Below, piece after piece: positions 1 through 12,110 of a stretch of DNA of 64,000 bases. Both the position numbers and the translations under genes were made by a program. The number at the start of each line of letters is the position of its first letter. Positions within the stretch are counted from its first letter, which is position 1. The notes below the pieces were generated by a model that saw only the letters and a list, made by a program, of their open reading frames with translations, ran no database searches and was not told where the DNA came from. The stretch comes from Phoronis australis (taxonomy: Eukaryota; Animalia; Phoronida), in assembly GCA_002633005.1 (NCBI GenBank), contig NMRA01000016.1:1649860-1713859 (forward strand), read 5' to 3'.

Positions 1-343
1 TTTTGCCCATGTCATAAACCTGAGACTCGTGTAGGATTCTCTATCTCTGTGACTGTACACCCCTAGCACGTAGTCGTGTCCATGCGTCAGTAATTGAATA
101 GAACAGCAACACAGTAACAGCGTGAAGCGCGAGGGTTGAGTAAGCTACTAGGACGCGGAGGGGGTGCCCCAGACCGCGGCGTTCACGTTTTTTTTTCAGT
201 CCATCGGCAGATTTTCCGAACAGATGGTTCACACACCCGGCTCCCTCAACTTCGGGCCTGTGCTGCACATACAATCGCACTTTGCCCGATTCCCCGAGAC
301 AACATGTTGGGCCCCTCCTTATGGTATCCTAGATTCGCCACTG

Positions 344-378
344 GTTATTGTTATTGTTATTATTACTACTATTATTGA
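344..378. repeat. Short (TAT/TGT)n microsatellite next to a MITE terminus
   Basis: The tract gttattgttattgttattattactactattattg directly follows CCTAGATTCGCCACTG, the reverse complement of a CAGTGGCG(G/A)ATC-type MITE end. Confidence 0.7.
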
Positions 379-1559
379 GGCATTATTGTCATGGTCGCGT
401 GAAACTTAATACTTAATAGGGCACACAGAGAATATGCAACGCCAGCGCGCGTTTCAACAAACCGTTTACTCATTATCTGATATTGTATCCTGAAATATAA
501 AATTGGCAATTCTCCAAATCAATTCATATCTGCTGTCTAGGTTGGTTCATGAAAACACATTGTAATTGTGATTGTCGACTAACAGCCTCATTTGCCAATT
601 CACATATGAAAAACCACAACCCAAATGGTAACTACAAGTCCGAATCCTCAGATTTGTATAATGCTGCAAAAATCTCCCAGGCCTGCTGTCTTCACAACAT
701 TTAGGAATAGATATTAGAATTAACTTGAAAGTAAATTGGAAGCCGATGGTCGGGGCCCGCCGATTTTATATCAAAACAAACCCACGATATTCAAGCACGG
801 CGCAGACATACTCCTTGATGAAGCTTAATCCGAATACTTGGTTCTAATCCGTTCGATCCCAGAGGTCAGATCGGAGGTTTGGTCTACCGTCTGAAAAAAA
901 TCACATCTGAACTCCCGTCAGTCGTCTAATCTGCCTGGTCCGACCCCAAATCAGACGTGAGAAGGCTATATTCCATTGACATGTTTTGCTCTGTCCTCCG
1001 ATAGAGATCAAGCGTGATTGGCCAGAATATAAACACTGCACATAAACGTGAAGCTAATTATTCGCAGAGCTGCAGACATGTTGCGCTTGTGAACGCTCAT
1101 ATTAATCGTCTGATCCGCTTTCTGATCAGACGTTCTATCGGTCTTCTTCATAAAAAACTGCTCACCTGAACGCGGTATTAGGCGCTCACTGATGAGGCCT
1201 TCAGGTGAATACCAATACACAAAATCTTTCCTCATCATAACCTTTATTTGTAGAAGCATTCATTAGTAAGATGACATATAGTGGGTATATTCGGGCGTTG
1301 AATCACTTTCGAGAGACAGAGGAGGTTCCGAGATGTGACCTCTGTCTCCTACTGTTTAAGGAACAAGAAACGCCCGTCACTCTCGGAACCCGGGTTCGAT
1401 TATCGGCTTTGTCAAGACGTACAGCCTAGGTTGCTATATTAGGGAACGTGTACCTAGGATCTAGGAACCAGTAAGGATGAATAGATAAAATGTCAGTCTA
1501 CACTTAGTCTTCAAATAAACATCATTATCTTTCAGTGCGACTGCGGTGCTTGTAAGGCA

Positions 1560-2012
1560 TAAATCGCAGTGGCACCGCCATGATGATCGCCGTGGTTCCG
1601 CAGTGGTTCCGTCACTGATCGCCGTACCACCGCGGAAAAATGTCAAAACCGCGGACCTTCGCGGTGGCATCATGGAGGAAACTTTGAACATGTTCAAAAC
1701 TTTAGTTCGCAGTGCCACCGTAGTAGTAGGCTACTGCCATCCCCGCAGTGGCACCTCACTGGCCCCGCAGTGATACCGCCAACAGCGCAGGCCTGCCACC
1801 AATTATCACCGTGGCACCGCCATCAAACCACAGTGGTAACTCAATGGGATCGCCATGTCTGCTATGACACCGCCGTAGTTCCATCCTCGTTCCTCAGTAG
1901 CACCGCGAAGAAAATCACGTGTAACGGGTAGGGGAAAACTTTGAAACACTACAGATGGTGGTGTCACTACGGTGATGGCGGTTTTGTCCAAAAACCGTGG
2001 TGGCACCACAAC
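1560..2012. repeat. GC-rich, internally repetitive segment, probably a non-autonomous DNA transposon remnant
   Basis: Many copies of GTGGCACC, CCGTAGT, CCGCGG and CGCAGTG in both orientations, with a sharp GC contrast to the flanks. Confidence 0.5.
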
Positions 2013-2497
2013 TCTAGATCGTTTGAACCCCCAACCCAATATACGCTCGTTTCCCACGTACGTGGACAGGATAGTAGGCTAAGGTCTGTTAAAACAGTTT
2101 TTGAAAGCTATAGATTAAATCATTAGAAGAATGCAATCAATTGCTATTCCAAATACATTCCTGACAGCAACTTTCCGGGTGCGTTTTAGAATGCCAGTGA
2201 TACTCATAGTCATAGTAAGTGGCAGCGTAAACACTAGCTGAGATTAGTCTTCAGTCTACTACCTTTGCTATACTAGGCCGGTAGCCCTCACGTGCATTTT
2301 ACCATCCGACAGTTAGCTCCGGGAGTCGGAGATAACTTTTGAGAGGAAATATGGTGAAAGCCAGTGAACTCAACAAGTTCATACTTACCTGTAAATAAAC
2401 TTTGTCCTTTCTTGATGTTCTTTGACCCTTTACTCTTGCAATTAAATTAAATCCAGTCTTATTGCCAGAGCCGAATTTTGGGCCACATATTAAAGTT

Positions 2498-3396
2498 TAG
2501 GCAATGACCATCGCCTCTGTTGGCCCGAACCAGAGGCGATGCAGAGGCTATAGGGGCTCTGTACGCCGGAAGCTTTTCGGCGAATTATGCCTCGCACCGA
2601 CTAAACCATCAAAGTCACGTTGTTATAAATACCTTTTGCGCATAGAGGAACACCTGAGGAGGTTGTCGATGTGTTTAATTCCTTCCAACTCGAACAAGTA
2701 CTCCCGTTATGAAACTTTTTCTTCGAGCAGTCCCTATTTCAGTTCCCAAAATCGTGAACTCAACTTTTTTATACTGCGCACGCTCCAATTCATGACCTCA
2801 ATCTTTAAATAGGCCAAAGGTGAGCCATTGCGGTCTTGTCAGTCAAATGTTCGTTTCCAAAATGCCACCACTTATACTTGTCTTTAATTGGCGTTACTTG
2901 AAACTGATTGTATTTCAATGAATTATTGTTTGTATTTGATAAAAATAAATGCTGTTGATATGACATTTAATAGTCTTTGTGCACATATTTGACATTTTAA
3001 TGTTTAACAACACGGCAAATGCACGGCTGGTTCCCGGCAGCACGTACGCGAAGGGCGGGAACTTCAGCTTTTAAAGTTCGCCGGTAGGTCCGCAACTTCT
3101 GACCTTCGGCCTGGTTAAAAAAATGAAAATGCTGATTTCACGATTTTGGGAACTGAAATAGGGACTGCTCGAAGAAAAAGTTTGATAACGGGAGTATTTG
3201 TTAGAGTTGGAAGGAATTAAACACATCGACACCTCCTAAGGTGTTCCTTTATGCGCAAAAGGTAGTTATAACAACGTGACTTTGATGGTTTAGTCGGTGC
3301 GAGGCATAATTCCCCGAAAAGCTTCCGGCGTACAGAGCGCCTATAGCCTCTGCATCGCCTCTGGTTCGGGCCAACAGAGGCGATGGTCATTGCCTA
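2498..3396. mobile_element. Non-autonomous DNA transposon, 899 bp, ~260-bp TIRs, 9-bp TSD (AcademH-like; MULE is the alternative)
   Basis: Starts TAGGCAATGACCATCGCCTCTG and ends CAGAGGCGATGGTCATTGCCTA. The inverted arms span ~2498-2757 and ~3137-3396. An exact ATTAAAGTT lies on both sides (2489-2497 and 3397-3405). Confidence 0.9.
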
Positions 3397-3460
3397 ATTA
3401 AAGTTGTGATGATTTACACCAATCCTGGGTCTGTCAACTGCTAACCTTTTTCCTCAAATT

Positions 3461-3720
3461 GGACATTACGGTCCTTGGTGGGTGGTCTTTTTCCCACTGA
3501 GTTGCCGTGTAATTCGTTGAAAGCGTAGGTCACGCTTGCCTGTTTAGCAGACTTTGAAAGGCGTTTCCAAATTTTCCACCAAACTTTTGATTGTCATCAA
3601 GGGGTTACAGAACATTATTTCGTCTCAGAGAACTGGACAGGAAAGTCGTTTTTAGTTTCTGTTAAGAGGCCAACGCCGGGTTTGGTAGCCTTTTAAAAAT
3701 CGTTCATTTGGAGCCACGTT
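3461..3720 (+). repeat. Old dispersed repeat family R1
   Basis: The motif GACTTTGAAAGG..TTCCACCAAACTTTTGA..CATTATTT recurs at ~33266-33480 and ~35493-35700. It also occurs inverted at 43640-43671 plus 45086-45170. Confidence 0.75.
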
Positions 3721-5599
3721 TTCTTGAAGACAAAGTCACTGTATTTTTAGCCAGGTGACTCATAACATGCATTATTTAAGAAAAAATGAAAAGGAGGCAA
3801 TTGAATTTTTGGCAACCCATTCTTCACAGGTAACTGTTTACATACCTATTGTTTAGTATGGTTTATTTTACCAATCAAAAAGTAAACCGATTGAGCACTC
3901 ATATACAGGGCCCACACCCCAGGCATGGCCAATAAGACGCGGACTCATGTATTAAAGACAAAAATACGTATTTCGTCTAATCAGGATTAGAAAAATCACG
4001 TTTATGAGTATTACTGACTAATCACAATCGGCTTAAGTAGTATTATGCATGGCCTTATGCTTAAATTATAAGTTGCCTTTACGGATTTCACAGTCCACTC
4101 ACCCTGATTATCTGCAAACAACGCATTACCATACCTTTTGTGTTTCTAAAGCAATAGTTTGGTGGAAATAATTACAGGCAAGTGGTACTTTCTACTAACC
4201 AAGATTAGACGTTCAATGAACTCGGGCATGTCTTTCTGAAAGGACTTTACTTGCTGCTTGGCGGGTGGGGCGTACTTTCTGTCGCCAGATTTTGGTGTCC
4301 TAAGAGTCCGCGTGGGGGTAAACCACTCCGCACGGTCTGTAAACGCTATTTTCATGTCACGAAAAATAACATAATTTTTATTTACAGAAATCAAGAGGAT
4401 TCCTCGACATATAACCGCCTTTATATTCTGAAAGTTTGCTGTAGTTCCATAAGAGACTTTTTCAGTTATACCGTGGAAAAGGCGTCGCCCATCCAAAGAG
4501 TCTAAACATTGAAACATCAATTGGAGAATTCCGGTAAATCCAAGAAGCCAATCGCTCACAGAGGGCGACCGGCTAATGAATGGGAATAGGGGGCGCTTTT
4601 TGGAACAACCTGTCAAATGGAGATGTCCACCAGTTGATACAAAAGGGTTAGGGTAATAAAATTAACCCCTACAAAAGGGTTAGTGTCTCTGAAACAAAGG
4701 AGAAGATTTCACGGAAGTCCCTACAAATGGGTCCCATTTTCGAGTCTACACGAAAAATGGGCGAGTGTCCTACTAATTGTCCAGCTGTACCATCGTCCAA
4801 ATAATTAATGTCCGAGATATCTTTTGCCTTCAAGTTGGTCAGTCATCAATATTGCAGATGGTCTGATGCTTGGATTGCATCGAACCTGTGCAGGCCACAA
4901 TGGTCAGAAACCAGTGCTACTCACATGTGTTGGCTCGTGATGCTGTTTCTGCGAAAGACAGTTTCAAAGTTTACAACTTACATGTACACTCCACTCACCC
5001 GGATCACCTGCAGACAGCGCATAACCATACAGCTTTTGTGTTTCCAATGCAAACCCAATCTGGAGGAAGTAATTACAGGCACAGTACATGCTAACAAAGA
5101 TTTATAAGCTCAACTAACTCGGGCGGCATGTGTTTATGTAGGGGTTTAACTTACAGCTTGGCTGGGGTAAAAAAAGGCACCTCGCCCAGGCTAGTCTTGG
5201 TGTAGCAAGGTCTGCAAACGCTATTCTCATGACATGTTCACTTGCAAATGAACCGGGTTCATTTAGGCCTTGCAACTACGACATGTAACGCTTTAACTTC
5301 CAAAATTTAGACAAACCTGTGTTTCAAGGGTTAACTACCTTCCCGGGAGTGTCTAAAAACTTATACCTACAGACGGGTTACGTGTCTAGTAGACAGCATT
5401 TGTCGGTTCCATTGCACAAAATACGTGATTAGAAACTCCTGAGAACCCTCTTTCATATAACTAATTAGGCTCTTCTTACGAGAAGTTGCAAAAGTCCGTA
5501 GTCATGTAGGCTACATTCCTCTGCTATTGATGCTTGTTATTAGACAACGAACACCTTCTCTAGCTAGCCAATAGAGAAGGTGATGCTCCTACAGGAGCC

Positions 5600-5795
5600 A
5601 GAAGCTTTTCGGAGAATTATACGCCTCCCACTGATTAAAACATCAAAGTCACATTGTTGTAGGTACCCTTAGCGCATAGAGGGACACCTTAGGAGGCCAC
5701 CGATATATTTAATTCCTTCCAACTCGAGCAAATACTCCCGTTCTTCGAGTAGCCCTTCATTCAGTTCCAAAATCGGAAAGTGGACATTTTTTACA
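5600..5795 (+). mobile_element. Diverged solo copy of the TIR of the 2498-3396 element
   Basis: GAAGCTTTTCGG.GAATTAT, CATCAAAGTCAC, GCGCATAGAGG and TTTAATTCCTTCCAACTCGA align with 2569-2760. Confidence 0.8.
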
Positions 5796-6695
5796 CAGCG
5801 CACGCCAGGGGATATGACGCGCGCAGAGGAGGTCACATTCCTCTGTCCTTGATGTTCGGCGTTTGGTACAAGTTACTGTCGTCAAGTGCCACTGCTTCTA
5901 CTTTTCAGGTTGACTCACTTAACCTTCTAACCCGAAGGATCAGTGATTCCCCATTTTCGCCATTTGACTTTCACTTTTTTCCAAACACAGCAAGGTCCAG
6001 TGATTCCCCAGAGCAAGGGCCCACAGTAGAAGTTGCTCCCTGCACATAAATTCCTCTTTGAGGGCACAAAAATCCCTCGCCTGGTCAGGTACATTCCTCT
6101 TTCCTTGGTTTGTTTTAAGTTAATATGTGTGAGTGTTCACAGTCACAACTACTCTCGTTTGTCTGGTCATAGCACTTGATATCTAACCCACAAAGTAGAG
6201 TGATTCCCCAGAACAAGTGTCCGCAGCAAAATTTGCTTTCTTTTCCTCACCGCATTTAATGGGAGAGGTGACATCTCACTCAACTGTCCGAGTACTGATG
6301 GATGCTTCAGCACCCCCCAAAAGACAAGTACGATCTCATATACCTCAAACTGGGCTCCTGTACAGCACGTGCTTTGCCACATGGAGGTCTTCTTGTAGGC
6401 GAAGATATGACTGAGGTGACGTACAAGGCCCGTCATTGGTGGCAACTGAAAGAGGGACACTAAGCAAAGCTACGTACAGGTACCATACGCGCACCCATCC
6501 TAAAAATGGGGGCTCGAATTTTTGGGAATGTGGACCTTTTACTAAAATTCACGGAGTACGTTCGGAACATTCGCCAAATTTTGCTAGTTCCTGTCTTTTT
6601 AGTGGAGTTTTGTCACGTTTTCTACTTTTTTCGGAGATTTTGTTTCCCTGAGGAGGACGTAACATGTGCACATTTACAATCTTACGGTCCGTGTA

Positions 6696-6783
6696 TCAAC
6701 TCACGCGATTTTCAAATAAGAAAGTCAATATAGTCAGGAACTTTGCTAAGTTTTCGGCTTGCACGAAGCCGGCCGTGCGCTGG
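6696..6783 (+). repeat. ~90-bp dispersed repeat with a conserved hairpin; second copy at 13135-13220
   Basis: TCAACTCACG..CAAATAAGAAAGTC..CAGGAA..CGGCTTGCACSAAGCCG..GCGCTGG is present in both copies. Confidence 0.7.
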
Positions 6784-7635
6784 AGGCTGGAACAAGGTTA
6801 AGCACTAAAATGAACATAAATGCACTGTGAAATTATTTATGGACTGAGTGAGAAGTAATTTCTCGAATTATCTGCGTGTATACCTAATTTACACATGTCA
6901 AGTTCAACTGGTGATCTTGAAAAGTTGCTGGAATTCAACGCCAGCTGCATGTTCGACCAATCAGGTTCCATCACTAAAACAATTTTGTAGGTTGTTGGCT
7001 TTTAGTGTTCCACGTCATTAAATCTCATTTTTGTGAAAAACACTATCTTCAAAATGCCTTGTATGTTAATGGTCGAAAATGGATGCCATATAGTGAGTAA
7101 ATTATCGACCTTTTCTCTGAAGTACATGAAAACAGCTTGAAAGAGATAGAAATTAAATAAACAATTAGAATTGCGCATAGTACGGTGACGTGAATATAAG
7201 CTCTGATTGCACGGCGTGCGCATCCCAGTTATAACTTAAAGAAGAGAAAAAACTCGAGCTCTAAGAACGGTGTCCGAAAGCTTTGCTGGACCAGTTATGT
7301 CATCATATCCTCACTTTCATCTGTTTAGATATGCGTTGACTTGCTCATGTCATACATTTCATTTCAATCTATCCAAAACTTCTCACCCCTGTTTGTTCAT
7401 ACTGTAAAATTCTACAAAACCTCAACACGTCTCTTTGCTCATACCATTACACTAACTAATATATAAGAAAACTCGCCACGCCGCCTTGCTCACAATAAGA
7501 ATCTCCCTCCGTGCCTTCGTCTTCGAGCTGAAAAAATTCTCTTTCAAAACACCATGTTAACTCCATGTACGGTAATCTCCAGTGAAGCGGCGATTGCCTT
7601 ACTAGTGCTCAGTGTTATGTCATACATTTACGGAA

Positions 7636-7753
7636 TTACACCGAGGTCAAAATGCTGGTTTTCAGACCCCATAAACGTTATAATGAACAAGGCGAAGCCG
7701 AGGTCATTATTACACTTTTTGGGTCTGAAAACCAGCAAATCAACTGAGTGTAA
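7636..7753. repeat. Palindromic (foldback) mini-element centred on GCGAAGC
   Basis: Perfect 17-bp arms TGCTGGTTTTCAGACCC / GGGTCTGAAAACCAGCA, inner arms ATAATGA/TCATTAT, and outer arms TTACAC/GTGTAA. Confidence 0.8.
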
Positions 7754-9420
7754 AAGTCAATAATTGTTTTACTACATGATTGCATCCGTTAATACAATTT
7801 ATAGACGTAGGCTAGGTTTAGGCTTTCGATCGTATATATGTCTATCACTCGTTCGTCAGCTTCCAGTTTTTTACCCAAAACGTACACTGTGGAGAGATTT
7901 TGAAAAAAACACTTGCAGGAGATCCTTGCAATGAACAAAGGATCAAATGATTAGATTTTGGGAAAGATATCATGTTTTGTTGTCATAAAACTGTCGACAA
8001 ACGTCGTTTGGTAATATCATGGCTATACCAATACAATACCATCGCAAGCTACTTGTCATCATGTTCAGTTAGCACGCGCTAAAACCCCTGAAAATGACGT
8101 ATAGTGAGAGTCAATGAACATTTTAGTCTTTTAAATACATCTTTTGTAATAGTGGGAATTGCGATGCCTTGATGAGGATTTGCGTTCACTTTGTTGTTTA
8201 TGCTTTACGGTTGTTTAAAAAACAAATGCGACATAAAATCCGGGTAACATGAAAAAGCTAAAAGTTTTTTTCGAGTTTCGGTGACGAGCTGGTTGCGCAG
8301 TGGTAGACTAGTGGCATTCCTTCACAAAAAGTTTTAAAAGAACTAAAAGCAGCCCATATGAAGGTATGAGCGGTCAGTATGGAGAATCTTTGACTCCGAA
8401 ATACGAGTTAAGAACTTCGTAATCTGTCCAAATCATCTAATAAATACCAATTTTTTGTTTTCAAAGTGTACTCTACAAATTGCATATAAGTTAGTACACG
8501 TACCTCTCTTTAATCAAAATGCACTTTGGCGCAAAAGACGCCAGGCTACTTTGTTTATACCCGGGAAATCACTTAGGCATAAACATGCTATATGCATGTG
8601 TTGTCCACTTCACGCAAAATCTGTCAGAAACATGAAAAAATACCCATTATAGGACAACATATCTTGGTTCATACCTATAACTTATCTATAACTGACCAAC
8701 AGGTGTCGCCGTAATTCTAAGTTATGTACATTACGGGGCTTGATGCAAAGTTCGATGCCCATAAATAAAAGACAACCATTGAGAGATTGTCGCATAAGCT
8801 TTTGAAAAGCTCTACACTCATAAGTTATGCTTGTGATTTACGCCCGTAAACTATTCTTATACTTTACTCTCGAAATATACGCCCGTACGCTAGCAAAATA
8901 GGCGTTTAATTTACGTTATTAACGCCCGTCAATTACGCTCGTAATTTGCCCTTACATGTATAGCCTAATTTCCGCTGATATCGGGGAAAATTGTGGCTGA
9001 ATTATAATTTTGTAATTAGCAAAGATCTCCCCAAACAAACGAGTGATGAAATCAGAGAAACAGCAAAAACAAGTGGTCCAATTAACTTCTGAATCCGTAT
9101 TAAAATGTCATTAACAATAGAAAAGGTAGTTTACAGTTAAATCGATGCTGAAATTATGCCGATCATTAACAGTGTTTTTGAAAACGTTCAGTTCAATCTA
9201 AGAATCGTCATTGCATGTTAAAAACTGAAGTCCGATTTGTGGATACATAATGGAGAATCATATCGAGCAGTTTATTGAACATAGTAACACAGTGAACTGG
9301 AGTCAGTGTAAGGTTATCATAGATGATAACATTTTTAACAATGATTATTTGCAGCTACCTTGAATCATGTATTTGTAGTAAGTAAATTAAGTCGAAGGGA
9401 GTGAAGGTTTCAGTGCACGG

Positions 9421-9709
9421 TTGCATGAAACAATCCTAAATAGGGACTCAACGAAGTTCCCTAAATCTTTTACGTAACTATTTGTTTCGTTCTTCACTCA
9501 CAGATGTAATATTTATCTATAATTAATCTTTATTGGGAATCCCTCTTTGACTAATGATGTTTTCAAATAATATAACTAAAAACTGAGCCCTGAATTCAAT
9601 GAAAATCAATAGGGATTTTGTCCTTAAGGGGGCGTTGCACGAAAAGCTTCCTACTTATTTTCAATAATATTGAGCATTCCGCGCAGAGTTCACTCTCTAC
9701 TAACATTAA
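9421..9709 (+). repeat. Dispersed repeat family R2, interrupted by the Kolobok-like element and resuming at 11313-11400; uninterrupted copy at ~57560-57900
   Basis: Shared motifs CTCACAGATGTAAT, AATTCAATGAAAAT and GGCGTTGCAYGAAAAG. After the insertion the match resumes with AAAGCCAA..CTAAGTA..TCAGTGTTTYCACAAG. Confidence 0.8.
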
Positions 9710-11312
9710 AGGAGAATGCCACCCGATTTAATTAGTCTATTTACCGTCTTAATCGGTCTCTATCCACATCGCCTGTTACACGGTCAACCTCACCTTGCCG
9801 AGAGGTGTCGCGTTAACATATGAGGAAGGTGAGAAATGACGCAGCGATGTCAGTGGTTCGTCTGCAGAGTGAATGCCGCTATATTGCGGTGTATCGGTTC
9901 CCACTTGTCCGAACTATGAAGCTGCGAAGAAAGCAGGTATATCGTTTTTTCGACTTTCTCGAGAGCCCGAAATGCTTAGGAAGTGGCTTGCGGTAGTGAA
10001 GAATGAAAGGTATGCTGTTAATAGCAAGTATGAGGCCGTGAAACATCTCCGTGTCTGTGGCCGGCATTTCGTCGACAGTGATTTCTCTTACGAATTTCGG
10101 CTTACCAAAGAACTATCCATACGTTCCGTTACCTATGTATGTTCACGACGCCTCTCTAGTATTTCTTGATCAGTGTATTCCGGTACGAACTGATAGCATG
10201 TGAAACCTAACGATCCGACCCGTGAAGTCTTCGTCGGATAAGCTCTTGACTAAAGTCGGGATTGGCGCCAGGCGAGTTGCCATGTAGACGTTTATTATTC
10301 TGCGTTCTGAATCGAAATGAATTATTCTCACCCTAAAATGATCATAACCAATGCTTATATGAAACTGAAACAAAGTCTGTCTCATTAGATACAATTTGTA
10401 ATGCCTTGGAGTGCTCGTGAGTGCAAATGTTTTGAGAAGCCAGCAAAGAATAAACCACTGCCGGGCGTTACCGGCTTTTGATGCTGGCAACAAAGGTAAT
10501 TGACTGCCGTGTGAGCGCATGCTAATTCAGTGTTTGCTGACAGAAAGTTGTTGTGAAACAATTACTCGATTTTGTATGCTATTGTCACATGTTAGAGAAT
10601 CTTTATTTAGAAATTCAAATACATTATTCATATCATTTTTACTGTTCAACGTTTGCCCTGACGGTCTGTGGAAGGGGCCGATTTCTCGGCCCCCCACAAG
10701 TAAGTAGATTTTCAGTTTCGTGGCCAATTCTCATAAATAATTACGTGCACATTATTTCTTTGGCTCACTATTATAGTCTTTTCGCGACGGGCCTGATCGG
10801 GTTCCGAGCCACTGGCCGGGATAACAAGCGTTTTGTGTGTTTAGAACTCAAAAAATCACAAGTATAAACAACACAGATCTTGATTCTCCTGTCTGTATTT
10901 CACGTAAAAATACTTCGAATTTATCTCCGAACAGACCCCAAACTCCTGCTACGGCCGGTAAACTAGCCTGCCGAACTTTGTAGGCTACGGTGTGTCCAAA
11001 TACCAGTAAATCCGTAACAGCGAAATAAAACAACACGTTTTTATAAGAACTCGGTATGTTTTTAAGGGTTTTAAATCAAAGTTTGATGATTTATTACTGT
11101 TAAACGATGAATTCAAGCGATAAGCTGACACCAGTAACCCGTGTTGTGAACTGCTGAACAGACTGCGTGTGAAACCAATTACGTCATTGGATAATTTCAA
11201 CACCTCCGTCTGCCGTCAGGTGTCAGGTAACGCAACCGAACCTGCCGTTATCGAGTAGAACTACTCGATCTAAATTGAAACAAATTAGGTTGTTTTTGGG
11301 TGGCATTCTCCT
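9710..11312 (+). mobile_element. Kolobok-type DNA transposon deletion derivative (1603 bp) carrying a THAP ORF
   Basis: Perfect 15-bp TIR AGGAGAATGCCACCC / GGGTGGCATTCTCCT with TTAA on both sides (9706-9709 and 11313-11316). RR..YY termini with a TTAA TSD and a THAP domain are Kolobok hallmarks. Confidence 0.9.
9873..10169 (+). CDS. THAP (C2CH zinc finger) domain ORF, 98 aa; truncated N-terminus of the element's transposase
   Basis: MPLYC..C..ISFFRL..RKWL..LRVCGRHF..SDF fits the THAP pattern (N-terminal Cys pair, conserved W, CxxHF). There is no clear AVPTIF box and no DDE domain follows. Confidence 0.7.
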   Translation: MPLYCGVSVPTCPNYEAAKKAGISFFRLSREPEMLRKWLAVVKNERYAVNSKYEAVKHLRVCGRHFVDSDFSYEFRLTKELSIRSVTYVCSRRLSSIS

Positions 11313-11439
11313 TTAAAGCCAACAATTATCTAAGTAATGAGACTCAACAACATAAGAAAGAGCAATCAGTGTTTTCACAAGCCTCAAATACCGCAGTACG
11401 TTTAGGGAACTTATCTGAGTCCCCATTTGGGACTGTTTC

Positions 11440-11880
11440 ATTCAACCGGCCACTGGCAGCTTTCAGGTCAGATACTGTCCCCATTGGGGGTTGATCAAAG
11501 AGCTAAGTAGGTGTTGCGGTTTGAGGTGTGAGGAGAGAATCTGTAACCATTGCCAGTGTGCGGTTGTCAAGGACAAAATTCATGTTTTAATACAATGTCT
11601 AGCTTACCTTGGCCTTAGATCAGATTTGTTTAACCGACTGAATACCAACTTTATATCCTTTAATGACGAGGAAACAAATTTTTCTTTGATGTCAATTGCT
11701 AGTGTGAGTGTTTACGATTGATTGCCAGGACTTCCTTGTTGATTTTAGCGAAAAAGGTTATGAGTGTTTTTAATTGAATAAGTGAATCCATAGTAATTGT
11801 GGCTATTGTATTTTAAAGTATATGTCTGGTCTCTGACGCATTACATTATTGAAAAGGGACCTAAATCTAAATATAGTTTG
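11440..11880 (+). pseudogene. 3' end of a decayed non-LTR retrotransposon (RTE-X-like ORF2 C-terminal Cys/His motif plus 3' UTR)
   Basis: LAAFRS.. followed by a frameshifted EERICNHCQCAVVKDKIHVLIQCLAYLGLR resembles the ER-I-CxxC...EDExH...CxxY..LR motif. The same motif occurs in the LINE at ~30600-30760 (-). Confidence 0.7.
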
Positions 11881-11929
11881 TTATTACCATCATCATCATC
11901 ATTATTATTATTATTATTATTACAATTAC

Positions 11930-11960
<31 letters not shown>

Positions 11961-12010
11961 GCTGTTATAATTGTTATTATTGTTGCTGTTATAATTGTTA
12001 TTATTGTTGC

Positions 12011-12047
<37 letters not shown>

Positions 12048-12110
12048 GTCATCATCATCATTATTATAATTGTTGTTGTTCTTATCATTATCGATATTAT
12101 TTTTATTCAG
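11881..12110. repeat. Compound trinucleotide microsatellite (TAT/CAT/TGT)n
   Basis: Directly visible; it explains the poly-N/Y/I ORFs in the track. Confidence 0.97.

Noticed and set aside
808-842. TTGATGAAG..CCGAA PLE-like hammerhead remnant
   Set aside because: It is too degenerate and there is no recognisable PLE ORF nearby.
1170-1215. CTGATGAGGCC..GAATACC possible type III hammerhead
   Set aside because: It lacks the GAAA core and a proper stem I.
4146-4616. 156-aa minus-strand ORF, and similarly the 145-aa ORF at 45326-45763
   Set aside because: They have non-ATG starts and no recognisable motif, and they overlap repeat-like sequence.
10674-10693. Perfect GC hairpin GGGGCCGA-TTTC-TCGGCCCC as a Helitron 3' end or terminator
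   Set aside because: No CTRR terminus or U-tract follows, and it is internal to the Kolobok-like element.
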